The notes under the pieces were generated by a model that was not told the origin of the DNA, made no database searches, and saw nothing but the letters and a program-made list of their open reading frames with translations. Shown here in pieces: positions 1 through 12,929 of a stretch of DNA of 64,000 bases. The stretch lies in contig OZ024742.1 in NCBI GenBank assembly GCA_964016885.1, positions 247,380,001 to 247,444,000 on the forward strand, written 5' to 3'. Each line of letters opens with the position of its first letter. Position 1 is the stretch's first letter. Position numbers and translations under genes: made by a program. The DNA comes from Eledone cirrhosa (taxonomy: Eukaryota).

Positions 1-26
1 ACACACACATACACACAAAGATATAT

Positions 27-62
<36 letters not shown>

Positions 63-65
<3 letters not shown>

Positions 66-170
66 AACAAGTAAGACCCCTATTGTTCCTATTACCCACT
101 CTACCACCCTAAGTATTGAGTACTTTGGTGTGTTATGGTCCACCTGGTTCCTTACCACATTTCCTTCGTT
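63..170 (+). mobile_element. Short (TA)n-embedded element, collapsed copy of the fold-back family at 41559 and 43186 (probably Penelope-derived)
   Basis: attacccactctaccaccctaagtattgagtactttggtgtgttatggtccacctggttccttaccacatttccttcgtt is nearly identical to 41657-41736. The start aggaacaagtaagacccc matches the 41559 left arm, but the hairpin interior is missing. Flanked by (TA)n. Confidence 0.7.
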
Positions 171-186
171 ATATATATATATATAT

Positions 187-225
<39 letters not shown>

Positions 226-342
226 AGAAAGAGAGATAGGTATATAGATATAAATATATATAGATAGATGGAGAGATGGTTAGAGAAATAGATACTAGTG
301 CAAATCCACCATCTTGAAGAGTGTGTGTATATAGATAAATAT

Positions 343-465
343 GGATGCGAATTGGTAGAGTCGGTATTTCATCTCACTCTCTACATTCCGAGACCAATGC
401 CGTCGTAGTCAACTTTAGCTTTCGTTCTATGAAAGTCGATCAATAAAATACCTGTCCATTGCTGC
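343..465 (+). mobile_element. Highly degenerate tRNA-derived SINE fragment
   Basis: gtcaactttagctttcgttctatgaaagtcgatcaataaaatacctgt resembles the SINE body gttaactttgcctttcatccttacggggtcgataaaataaagtaccagt found elsewhere in the window. Confidence 0.45.
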
Positions 466-559
466 TGTCCATGTTTTCACCGTTTCTTTTTCACTATTTC
501 TCAATCTTTCTGTGGAAGCAATTGGATCTGTTCTAACCTGAAAAGAGGTGCTCTCTCCT

Positions 560-765
560 TGGTTTAAAATACTAAAGACACGCCGTGTGTCTTGGTATAC
601 TCCTTGGATGGCTTCGTGGATTCTTGTCGTGAAAGGTGTCAGAGGACTTGTCGGGGTGTGAAATGATTGGCTGTAAAAGGGCCTACACCATCGGGAACGA
701 TATCGGAGGCAGCTGAGAAAGCGAATCATGACATCTGGCTCAAGAGAGACGAGTGGTGCGCCTGA
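560..765 (+). pseudogene. Degenerate 3' end of an RLE-type non-LTR retrotransposon (HERO/NeSL-like)
   Basis: Manual translation gives WILVVKGVRGLVG and EAAEKANHDIWLKRDEWCA*, resembling the (P)VEVGCRGFV ... EAAEKAS.WLWLKR C-terminus of HERO/NeSL-type elements. Frameshifted. Confidence 0.45.
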
Positions 766-1253
766 TTGGTTGAGGTCGATTGAGGCCTCTCGCCGAGAAT
801 CACACTAGACCCTTTAATTTCGTGCTCTTCTGAAGCTTTGCGTTAGGCGGAGAAGTCTGGCCCTGGCTCACAACATTAGACGCATTAAATTTTGTGCATG
901 AGTTTTATCGCTTACTGGGTTGAATGACTCTGAGTAGCTCTGGTGTTGCTGTGGAATGGGCTGAAATACTCAAATGTCTTTACCAATTATATGTAGATGG
1001 AAATAACTATGGAAACTGCAGATAGTCGTATGTCTTGATTTATGGAGGCAATTAAATATGAGGGTAATGAACTGAAGATCCACCAGCAATTGTATATTTA
1101 TAAACTCTGTTAATGTGTGAAAGTGCTTATAAACCAGAAAAATAGACACATTACATTTTTCCGCTCGCCACTTTAAACGAATGGATTATGACTTATATAT
1201 TTATGTCTGAAGATGTTAAAGTCAAAATATGTGTTATAAGCAGAAATTGAAAA

Positions 1254-1316
<63 letters not shown>

Positions 1317-1325
1317 CTATTCATA

Positions 1326-1970
1326 TATATATAGCTATTTCAGAGCGCCAATTCTAATTTTCAATTTCTGCTTGACCGGCAACCGCTCTGTATAATCAGT
1401 TCTTGATTATTACTAGAAATTCTATAATAATCAAACATTCATGATTTTTAGCAAACAGGTGGAGTACTTGGCTTTGATAAGTACCAATCAGTACGAAACA
1501 TAGCTCTATCAGCTTTATCTCCTCTGTTTGCTGAAAATTTAATGTAAGTGAGACTGTCACTACTCTAAAACAATAGCATAAGGTCTTCGAAATGCTTTTA
1601 ATTAAGCATACAGTGTATTGCAAAATACACTATATATACATTCATATATATATAGCTATTTCAGAGTGCCAATTATAATTTTCAATTTCTGCTTGACCGG
1701 CAACCGCTCTGTATAATCAGTTCTTGATTATTACTAGAAATTCTATAATAATCAAACATTCATGATTTTCAGCAAACAGGTGGAGTACTTGGCTTTGATA
1801 AGTACCAATCAGTACGAAACATACCTCTGTCAGCTTTATCTCCCCTGTTTGCTGAAAATTTAATGTAAGTGAGACTGTCACTACTCTAAAACAATAGCAT
1901 AAGGTCTTCGAAATGCTTTTAATTAAACATACAGTGTATTGCAAAATACACTATATATACATTCATATAT
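1326..1970 (+). repeat. Tandem duplication of a 321-bp unit, each copy with a degenerate hammerhead motif
   Basis: ORFs 1396..1623 and 1717..1944 are offset by 321 nt and nearly identical. Each unit contains ggct-TTGATAA-gtac-caatca-gtac-GAAACA...TC-agct. Confidence 0.9.
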
Positions 1971-2571
1971 ATGTATATATGTGTGTGTATGTGTGTGTGT
2001 ATATGTATATTTTCTTCCGAAAACTTAAAAAAATGAGAGTTGAAATATACAAACGTACAAACGTATGTACAATGAATAGGGCAACAGTTTGCTCTATATA
2101 GGAGAGTGAGTAGTTAGTGAATTGTCAAATATCAGTTAAAACTAAATAATATAAAACTGTCTGAATAGGAATAGAGAAAGAGGTCAAAATGACAGCAAAT
2201 AATCTTTTCTGAAATCTCTTATAAAAATGTTAAAGAAAATCGTTTGAAAAACCGAAAATCAACGAAAAACGAAAAGAAGGTAATACATACTAAACAACAA
2301 AAATAATGAACACACGAAACATGATAAAAGGAAGGAACGTAATGAACATCAAAATGAAAATGAAAAAGAAAAGATATGACAAAAGGGTTAATATTTGAAA
2401 TGAAAACTGAAAGTAAACGGGGAGATGAGTTGATGGTCTGGTGTATTGAAATTACAATGGCGCTTAATTACAGCAGAACTAAGCTGTCGTTAGAAGTCAG
2501 ATGTGACGTAACCAGAGTTATTGATTCTCAGTCTCCACACACTCACACGTGCATTTATATATATATATATA

Positions 2572-2627
<56 letters not shown>

Positions 2628-3039
2628 GTGTATGTATATATGTACAAATATTGTAAACATGAAATATATACTCCCACACACACACATCATATATACACGC
2701 ACACACAGATATATACGACTTCCTTGTTCATCATCTTACCTGAAGCCAGACATTCTTTATGGAGGCGGACAGTACCGGATTTTGGAGTCGCAGAAACCAA
2801 TACTGGATTTTACCATCAGTCCAGGGTCCGGGAAAGTATCAACACATATATTTTTATTGTTTGACCCGAATTACTTGGTCGTTTGTTTTGGCTGTGCGGA
2901 TGATATCTTTAACCACCATCTCAGTGTGTTTGGCCCTTAACGTATGTTGTAGCTCTGATTCACATGAATCATCGAGCGCTTGCCACACATATCGGATGTT
3001 GATTTTCGTTAATTCTGTGCTGAAATACGATTCTCGCTA

Positions 3040-3102
<63 letters not shown>

Positions 3103-3210
3103 TGTGTGTGTGTGTGTTCTTGTGTGTATACATGTGTATACATCCATACTAATATATATACAGACACTCGTCTAATAAATAACTGCACATTCGCCACCTT
3201 TTTCATGAGA

Positions 3211-3269
<59 letters not shown>

Positions 3270-3539
3270 TGTGTATGTTTTTTTGTATATATATATATTA
3301 GCAACCTTCCAGCTTACTCTTTCTTCCCAAACTGTCAACCCCCCCTTTCCTTTTACATTACTTTTTACCGATGAACGACTAACGTCCGACACGCTTCCCT
3401 TTTTTAAAAAAGCGAGAAACAAATAAGCTTTTGTGTAATTAAGAAAATACGACAAGAATAGCGTAGGATGATAAATCTGAGTTTTTTTGTGTACGAAATG
3501 ATGCTAACAAGAGAAAAAACATGTATAAAACAAATCAAA

Positions 3540-4950
3540 CAAAATAATATCGATAATACCTGGATAGGGGGGAGATTTCCGAAGATCAATCGTGGAGAAA
3601 GCCCATAAAAAGCCACGGTAATCCAGACTGTTGTCCTCCCCAATCTACAGGCGCCTACCTAGCAGAGCCCCGTTCACTCGTACCATGCTTTATTCTCTCC
3701 TCCACTTTCCACAAACTAGCTGGAAAACAGCACTTCCTTTTTACGCTGATTTTCATTTTGAAGTGTTCAGGACGTCACCAAAGAGCAAAAAGGCATCTGG
3801 TAGACCACAAAGATTTGCCTCTTCAAGTGTTGAACTGCTTGCAAACCGACTTCTGGTGAATGTCTTGATCCTGCCACCGCCTCTTAGACCGTTAGAGCGA
3901 TATCAATCTCCTGGATGGGTTTGGCGCTTGACATTACGACGGTGAAATCTCACATGCCGAATAAGATGTGCATCCTAGTTCACAGTGGATGTCCATTAAC
4001 GACTTTAATATTTTAGCTTTGGCTTATACAGCTGACACGGGGTCTTGACGGACCGAACCCATAATACTAAAGAATTTCGAGGGGGAGACATTTATGCTAA
4101 CCACCACATTCAGTCACTGTAAATTACAATGATTTATCCCATGAACACTATCGAAAGCTTTCGAATAATTCTCACTGTAAGGTATCGCATGGTGTGGATA
4201 TTGTCGTGGAATGATCTTTTCGAGATAGCACATAATTGCGTCTCGCCAACCAAGTCATCGACGATAAGCGTTAACCTCTTTGATAATTACTGGGTTAAAT
4301 TCTTGACCGTTGTATTTAGCAGATTTATGGGGTGAGAATTGTTGATGCGGCGCCAATTGTTCATGAACCCTCTCTTCACCATTCCTCGGCTCACAGAACA
4401 GGGCATCCCGCCAGTTCCTGTAGACATCTGTCAAGAGGTCACCAGACTAGTCTGGCATGTATGCGTAAATTTCCTGGGGTAGATAATTGAAGCCATGTAA
4501 TTTACCACTCGTTTAGCTAGCCCTCATTTCAGTCATTTTTATCGGCTATTAGCAGCACTGTACTTATGTTGCAGGCCATCTTTGTAGGCAATGTAATCCA
4601 TCCTGCGATCTGTCCTGCCAGCAATGCCGAACAATTATGCAAATTACATTGAAATGTCGCACACATGTTTGGATTCAAGTAGCACATACTCATCTAGGTC
4701 TGTTAAAACCTTAATTGTGACTTTGTTGTCATGAAAAGCTTCTGATGCCTGAGCCCATCAACTGGCTTTCGTGCCTTAGAAATATGTCTCTCCTATAGCT
4801 GCCAATGGCCTATGTGAAAGCTCGTACTTTGTAACTTCTGATTTCGTTGATAGCCACTACATTTATATTTAGAGACCAGTGGTGGTTGATTTGGTGATTT
4901 TGCTTCTAAGGCAACTATACCAGAGAATCTTCACTATATGCTGAACAAAA
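3540..4950 (-). pseudogene. Old, heavily deleted Tx1/L1-clade LINE copy (ORF2 remnants and 3' UTR)
   Basis: Minus-strand remnants SLNINVVAINE (EN start, about 4870), LSKRLTLIVDDLVGETQLCAISKRSFHDNIHTMRY (about 4180-4310) and a region matching ...EAVTG...KSVGLQLGTWRG (about 3810-3950). The 3' UTR resembles 33190-33360. Confidence 0.75.
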
Positions 4951-5140
4951 TTCACTAATCTTATGTTCTCAGTTGAATGCCAAAACTGTGTGAACTATAT
5001 ATGGTATGAGTCTGTGGAATTGGTTCTTATAATAGTGACGTATGATAATTGCAACAACAGAACGAAAATAGATAGTGATACACAGATAGATAAAAGGAGA
5101 GAGAGAGAGAGGGGGGGGGGGGGGAGAAAAAGAGAGAAGT

Positions 5141-5230
5141 AGAGAAAGCGGGAGAGGGGTAAGGCGAAAGACAGAAAGCGGGAGAGGGGTAAGGCGAAAG
5201 AGAGAAAGCGGGAAAGGGGTAAGGCGAAAG
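5141..5230. repeat. 30-bp minisatellite x3
   Basis: agagaaagcgggagaggggtaaggcgaaag repeated three times with single substitutions. Confidence 0.9.
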
Positions 5231-5517
5231 AGAGAGGAAAGTGGGAGGTATTGATTTTTGGTTCACTCCGACAATCTCCACTGAGGAAAATATTTCAAGG
5301 AATACGAGTTTGCAGTTTTCTCCATGTTGCATCGATTCCGTTTCTCTAGAAGCTTTACAGCTTTCATTTCCATTTAATTTAAAGACATTTGGGATCTTTT
5401 GGCAGCCATCTTGTAAAATTAGGCTACACTGAAAATACAGCACTGAAGAGGAGAACTCTTACACAAACACACGCACACACATACACTCACTATCACACAC
5501 GCATATATGTATACATG

Positions 5518-5655
<138 letters not shown>

Positions 5656-6445
5656 CATATAAACATCACTCTCTTTGGTTACCAAAAGCACAGTAAGGGA
5701 GACATGCCATTCCCAGAAGACGTTTAAGAGAAATACCATGGAAGCATTCATACCATTATCTCCTCTCTGTATCTCGCAGAAGTTTTATTCAAATAGAATT
5801 TCTATATTTTGCAGAAAACACACAATAAATCAAGACGTCATTTCTATGAATATATCAAATATATTATCGCATTTAGACGTTAATATAATTAAACAATAAT
5901 ATATTAATATAATGATATATTCTAAAAGGTGTAACCATATATACAATCATGAGTTAAATAAATATATTTTTAGGTTCGCTGTGTAAAATAAAGTCTCCCA
6001 GGGGTAAGCAACTCAGCCGTCAGATACTAGGAGACAAAATCGAATCCACCTATAGAATAATTTATCTAAGATCACTATTGTTTAAACGCAGGGATTACAT
6101 TTTATATTCCCCTTAAACATATGAATGTAACGCCGTTAACTCCTTTAAATTCATACAAAATGAACACAACCGTTTCTCGGGAAATGAAACATTTGGTTCA
6201 TGGACATCTTTTAAAACGAGGATCATGGTAATCCTATATAAATTTATTCTTTCAAACATAATATTATATTAATAGCATTTGTAACTGAGAAACGTGGGTC
6301 TTATTCACTAATTGAAATTTTACATGCATTTCAATAAACAATGTTAAAATGAAATAAGATAAATGCACTCCATCCCTGATAATCCAATAAGCCCACACAG
6401 ACACACACACACGTACACACACGTACACACACACACACATATATA

Positions 6446-6491
<46 letters not shown>

Positions 6492-6520
6492 CATGTACAT
6501 ATATATATATATATATATAT

Positions 6521-6617
<97 letters not shown>

Positions 6618-7010
6618 ATATTTTAATATTGTATACCGATATACAATACGAGGAATATGTACAGCGAAGTAGTGCAATAAACATCCAGTCCCTAGAAACT
6701 TCCATACATTATTTCGATGGTCCATAACATGTATGTATAGACTAATAAAATTATGTAGTAGTGTATTTCTATATTAATATAATTATAGTATGTAAATATT
6801 AATATTTTTACACAGTAGCATATTTATACGATCTTATATTTACAGGCTAATAAATGTATACATCATTACATTTAAGGATTAATAAATTTATAATCTAATA
6901 TATTTATCAGCGTAAATAAATTACATTATATATCTTTCGTATTAACATATCTGCTGAGTTTATAAATCTGTTTAGTTACATTTTTCTGTCGACTGATACA
7001 AGTAAACACG

Positions 7011-7050
7011 GTCACTGAGGATGAATTCAACAATATTCGAAACACGGTTT
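7011..7050 (+). ncRNA. Possible minimal hammerhead ribozyme relic
   Basis: CTGAGGA-t-gaat(tcaacaat)attc-GAAAC: both core boxes and stem II present; stems I and III unclear. Confidence 0.4.
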
Positions 7051-7164
7051 AGATCGTTCAGGCATGTTCTGTCAACAGAGAAATATGTCAAATGTATTTC
7101 TTTATATATTTACACATTGTTTGTTTTTTATTGTAGTGTCTCTGTTATCGTACTCGCCCACTTA

Positions 7165-7880
7165 TTCCTGAGAGAGTCGTGGGGGCAGAGTCCTCAAACA
7201 CTCCCTCCAGCGGATCCTGTCAGAAGCAACCGTCTCCAACTGATCCGGCTGGATACCCATGCGTGACTAGCCAAGCTCATGGGTTTCATCGAACCATCTT
7301 GCTCCGGATCTACCGCTGGGTCTCCTACCGGTTGGTTTTGCCCGTAAAATCTGTCTAGCGATTTTTTCCTGAGACATTCTAACCACATGCCCATAGTATC
7401 GAAGCTGTGATCTCTCAATTCGGAGAAGTAGCGGCTCTACCTGGAGTGACTCTCTGAACTCCGAGCTACACACTTTATCGAGTAACGTTACTACAAAGAC
7501 CATTCGGAGGAATCCCATTTCGGTCATTACACAAGATTCATGGCCATAGTTAAGGGTTGGCACGAAAGCCGAATTGAAGACAGAGAGTTTGGCTTTTACG
7601 ACTACTTCCCTTCTTCTGATTACTGAATACTGAAGCTGGCGCATTACTACACCAGCTTATGTAATTCTTGCACCTAATTCAGCCTCCTGCCTTCCATCAC
7701 CAGTAAACCCGGTCCCGAGATACTTGAATTTCTGTACCTGCTTCAGTACAACACCACTCACCTGTAGCATGCACTGGGTATGCTTCCTTAAGAGGACGAG
7801 TGTCTCTGATTTCGCAGCACTGATTTTCATTCCAACGATGCAGCAATCGGCATCAAACCTATCAAGTGCAAGTCGATTTG
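7165..7880 (-). pseudogene. RTE-clade LINE 3' fragment (RT C-terminal region)
   Basis: ORF 7267..7644 KAKLSVFNSAFVPTLNYGHES...EMGFLR...LLLRIERSQLRYYGHVVRM...PTGRRPSGR..RW is typical of the RTE (Expander/Rex3-like) C-terminus. Upstream QVQKFKYLG motif. Confidence 0.85.
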
Positions 7881-8231
7881 AGTAACACCATCCATGGTGT
7901 CTGCAAATTCAAGTTGACTAATTTTACACCCGATATTCATGATACCACTTCGAACCTGGCTGCGCATGTCAATCCTGATAGAACAAATACAAGTGTGCTA
8001 TAAAGCCGTCGGAGTGGTGCGGGATTATATGAGCTGATGCTGTTCACAATGGTACAATATATCAACAACAAAAACAACAACAGCAACAATACCAATAGAT
8101 GGAGTATAAATGGGAAACATGAGAAGACAAGTCTTCTTCGCTTGTATTTTAGATCAAGTTTCTCCACTGTTACCAAATGCTATTTTAGAAGGATAAAACT
8201 ATGAGAATGGATGTGAATGTAATTATAATGA

Positions 8232-8426
8232 TTTGGGCACAATACCAACAATTTTAGGGGAGGGGATTAAATTGATCCCAATGCGTTAAGGTAGTTTAAT
8301 TTATCGACTCCCTAAGGATGAAAGACAAAGATAACCTCGGCAGGACTTGAAATCAGAACGTAAAGGGCCGTAACTCTGTGCCACGTGACATAAAATCAAA
8401 CGTTCTACCGATATTGCCAATTCACC
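8232..8426 (-). mobile_element. tRNA-derived SINE (octopus-type), diverged copy
   Basis: Reverse complement matches the SINE at 61649-61835 (A-box-like head, body ...ctttcatcctta.ggagtcgataaa). Confidence 0.8.
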
Positions 8427-8727
8427 AAATGTAATTTTAAAAAGAATGAAAATTGAAAAATAAAAGCGCACATATATCTGAATGATAAAAAATAAAACAT
8501 TAACACAAGATTAGAGTAAATGAAATACGAATGTATACAGGCAAGTATTTAAAGTAAAGAGTGATGGAAAAAACACAAATAATTAAACTAAAAATACGAG
8601 AACACAATTCTGATAACACCACTATACTTATAGATGGGTGAATAAGTAAATTAAGAACTTAAAGAAATATACAACGCCGAGTAATTAATACTGTGTACAC
8701 AAAGGTTAGTTGCTCAATCAGTATAAG

Positions 8728-8899
8728 TAGGCACAAGGCCAGCAATTACCCAGTGCATTACTGGTACTTTATTTTATCGACCCGTAAGGATGAAAGGCAA
8801 AGTCATCCTCGGCGGGATTTGAACTCAGATCCTAAAGGGACGTAACCATGCTGGAAAGCATGGCGTCCGACCCTCTACCGATGCTGCCAATCCACCGCC
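8728..8899 (-). mobile_element. tRNA-derived SINE
   Basis: Reverse complement: ggcggtggattggcagcatcggtagag...gagttcaaatcccgccgag...ctttcatccttacgggtcgataaaataaagtaccagtaatgcactgggtaattgctggccttgtgcc; B-box-like GAGTTCAAATCC. Confidence 0.9.
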
Positions 8900-8983
8900 C
8901 TGGTACAAGTAAGTACAAGTAAGAAATAATAACGGATTGACGAACACGAACCAGTCATATATACATATAACACTTGAATGACC

Positions 8984-9014
<31 letters not shown>

Positions 9015-9144
9015 CATATATATATACATATATAAATATATATACATATATATATACCCCACTCTCAAGCGTGAAACTAATATTAATATTTGTACTCCCT
9101 ATTCGCTTCCACGTTTTTTTTTGTTTTCTGTTTACTGCCTCAAC

Positions 9145-9281
<137 letters not shown>

Positions 9282-9669
9282 ACCTGAAAGACATGAAGGA
9301 TTAAGCTATCGACAATGAAAATACTTCTATTATGACTTTAAATACCTCATCTAACTTAAATAGTGTTAATAGAGGTGAAAGTGAACGTATGTATGCTAGC
9401 AATAAGTATGGCTACCATAATAGAAGTATAACTTGGAGAAATACAAACAACAATAAAGATAAGTATGCAATTAATGGAAGAACGAGGGGTGTAACCCAGC
9501 GTAAACTTTACTCTAATAAACTCTCAAACACAACACAAATTCATGACTTATGTTCTAATATCCCAAATCTGGTAATTTATATCCTCATAGTATCAATAAT
9601 AAACATAATTCCAATCTTCCTTCAGATAACCTACAACCACCAGATATGAGCACCTCAAATTTACACAAT

Positions 9670-10380
9670 AGTTACCGTAAAAGGCCTGAAACATGGGTTA
9701 ATTCTTCTTATAGAAAGCATATAGCTTCCAATATACCTAAATGGTCCTTTAATATAGATAACAATTTTCTCCAATCACCTATAAATACCACAAACTAAAA
9801 CATACTATCATCTTTTCTTTCCCAACAACACCTCATTTAGTAAAATATTTATCATCTAGTAACAGCGCTAAATCGACTAAGTGTAATTTAATATCGGACG
9901 ATATAGTTGAATCTACCAAAATAAGAGCAGAGGTAACAAAGAGGATATGTCATCCAAACAAATTAAATAAATTTAATACTGTTTCTAACACTCACACTAA
10001 CCCAACAATAACCATAACTGTAAATGCAGACAATCGCAAAGTTGCACTGTTTCTACACACAATGATACTAAAGATTACATCGGTGCAACGTCGAATAACC
10101 TTAAATCACGGTACTACTCCCACATCCTCTCTTTTAAGAATGTAAAACTGAGGAATTCTATCTCACTCGCCAATTACCGATGGTGTTTGAAAAGTGCAAT
10201 TATCTCTTACTTTCATTGAAAACTACAAAATCGGTGAGGTCTAAATTCAATTTGTATTTAACCAAGAGCTACTTAATAATTAAGTTTAATCTAGGGTTAT
10301 GGAATGGGAAATCTGAGATAGAATCAAACTGCCAACACAGACATTTCTAATCTTTTTACTAATGTAAATGAGACAATACT
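9670..10380 (+). pseudogene. Penelope-like element relic (RT C-terminus plus GIY-YIG endonuclease)
   Basis: Translation from about 10040: SCTVSTHNDTKDYIGATSNNLKSRYYSHILSFKNVKLRNSISLANYRWCLK (YIG..R..H GIY-YIG pattern). Upstream RKRPETWVNSSYRKHIASNIPK resembles the PLE RKRNIIWFNPPYS...TNIG motif. Confidence 0.75.
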
Positions 10381-11145
10381 GCGACTTAATACACAATCTA
10401 ATATAAATGTATAACTATGTCACGAGTTTTAAATTATCACCCTCTTCTGCCTATGGCATTGATAAGCAACGTATTTCTGTTTATATTAGATAGTTTAGCC
10501 ACATGACATTAATATTAAAAATAACCCCACTTACGTTTTGTCTATATATTTCCATAAGTTTTGTTTTATATTTACATTCGTAGATATTGTGTAGTAAGCC
10601 ATATATAACACTTATAATCGAATTTATAGTGCGTATACATAATTTTTGCCCACTAGTTATTCTACATTAGGATATTTTTTTGATATACTACTGCTTTTAG
10701 TATGAAACGACTTCAAATTGTCATAATTGCGGTACACGGTTGTCTAATGACTCATTGTTGTAATAACGTAAAGTTCCTTTTGTTTTTTTTTAAATAATTT
10801 TCTCCGTAAAACGAAAACAATTAGTAAGTAGAAAATATATTTGTGTTTTTGTTTATAAATAAACTATAGCCTTGCCTTATATCGGACCTTTATAATCGCA
10901 TGAAGCCTAAATGGCTTACGTTCTATTTTTCCCATCTAACCAACGGCTTTGCATATGCCTGTTTGAGAAAAAAACGTTTAAATATCTACCATGCCTTATT
11001 GTTATTTTGGGGAATTAATGTTACCTGAACCGAAACATGCGTAGATGTTAATGAAATGATTTGAAGTATCATATTTAGTTTGTCATTTGAATTAAAATTA
11101 TTCTGCTTAGCGTTTCTTCCATAACCAATTATTGCATTGGGCTTT

Positions 11146-11207
<62 letters not shown>

Positions 11208-11292
11208 GAAAAATTGAACAGGGACAGAACAGAGAGGCAGTACGATAAATGTTTATTAAATTCACGCTCAGGAGAGTGGGGGGTAGGTGGAG

Positions 11293-11325
11293 GACGACGT
11301 TTCGGGCATAAGCCCTTCTTCAGGT
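11293..11325 (-). ncRNA. Minimal hammerhead ribozyme motif (Penelope pLTR type)
   Basis: Minus strand CTGAAGA-a-gggc(ttat)gccc-GAAAC-gtc-GTC: intact core and stem II; stem I pairing poor. Confidence 0.6.
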
Positions 11326-11720
11326 GAGAGTTCAAAAGGTGTGTAGGGGAGTGGTGGAGAGACATATAGCGAAAGGAAACGGTGCGAAATACACGGTGCC
11401 GACGATATTGGTTCGCAAGATTACTGGTTAGGGAAAAATAACACAGTAGTTTTATTTTTTAAGATATATTTATCAAACAATATATATATATACATCTCTT
11501 ATCAAATATATACATACACATACATACATGTCTACATGCACATACGCACACACACATATAGATGTGTGCGCGCGCGCGCGAGCGTGTGTGTGTCTGAACA
11601 TTTATCTATTTATATAGTAATATATTCATAGTGTAGTGTTTAAATATTAACATATATATATATTGAAATACATTTATTTAGTTGTAGTTTGTCACCTTCG
11701 CATTTGACTTTACGATATAT

Positions 11721-11804
<84 letters not shown>

Positions 11805-11868
11805 GCAGACACATATATATATGAATAAATAATTATAAAATTCTATTCATGTGTCTTTCTAACTAAAC

Positions 11869-11892
11869 ATCTATATCTATCTATCTATCTAC

Positions 11893-11968
<76 letters not shown>
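11869..11968. repeat. (ATCT)n microsatellite at the Tx1 insertion site
   Basis: About 25 ATCT units directly upstream of Tx1 copy 1. Confidence 0.95.
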
Positions 11969-11982
11969 TTAGCTAGCTCTAT

Positions 11983-12896
11983 GAGCTTGTCCCCAACTCA
12001 ACAAAAAGAAAACCCTGCTACCAACACCAGCTCCACCACCACCACCACAACAGATAAACAAACAACAAAACTCAGTCCCACCCAACCCGTCCCTCAGTAA
12101 AACCACAACACCACCACAACACAAACAGTCACAACACATTACCCCAAAACAAAATACAGGCCCACCCAACCTCTCACTCAATAAAACAACACAACCACCG
12201 CAGACACAACACACAACACAGTCTAACATAGTGACATCCATCTCCCCCACAAAGAAAACCAACACGGAAACATTACCAGCAAACATACCTCTTCCCTCCA
12301 ACACTGAAGATAACCCAACGAATTCGGAGGAAGAAACGGAGTCCTTCAGACAGATTAAAAGGAAAAAAAGAAAACATGTGCAAAACACACAAGGACAAAC
12401 AACCCCCACCCAAATCGCAACACAATCCAACAAAACAGAAAACACCCCTCCAGCAACAAACAAAACCAAACCTGCCCCTCCCCTCTTCGAAACACTCACA
12501 CCATCGGAAAAAAAGACATTACACTATACTTACATCAACAGAAACAATAATAAATTAAATGAACTCATATACAATAATCCTTCGGTACAAACCGAAGGTG
12601 TAAACTTTGTTTCGTCAGAAAACCACCCACATTTAAAACTAATAAAGATCCCAATGAACCTCTACCAAAAACTAAAAAAGGATTTTAAGGAGGACGTAGG
12701 ACCACCCTCTGTCAAACCCATAAACCGCGTCCTACTAAAAAGCTTTCCCCCTCCCCTTCCCCTCCCCAACACAACTCCAAACACCCCAACCCCACCACAC
12801 ACTGACAACCCCACACCACCACAAGACACCCATTCACCCAACACCCCCGACCCCATGGAAGTCGTGCAACCCGAACCCCGGGAAGCGGAAAGGTAG
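11983..12896 (+). pseudogene. Tx1 ORF1 C-terminal part (Pro/Thr/Gln-rich linker plus small C-terminal domain), 5'-truncated
   Basis: ORF 12231..12896 and upstream ACPQLNKKKTLLPTP, homologous to copy 3 just after its CCHC knuckle. TEGVNFVSSENHPHLKLIKI matches copy 3 TEGKTFINAESSPHLKLISV. Confidence 0.75.
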
Positions 12897-12929
12897 GTCT
12901 CTACACTCTCCTTTGGCTCTGCCGCCCAC

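Noticed and set aside
427-729. 100-aa minus-strand ORF as a host gene
   Set aside because: No recognisable motif; it overlaps a plus-strand retroelement-like remnant and a SINE relic.
10740-11050. Large split hammerhead downstream of the PLE relic (ctaatga ... cgaaacatgcgta)
   Set aside because: No convincing stem I or stem II pairing.
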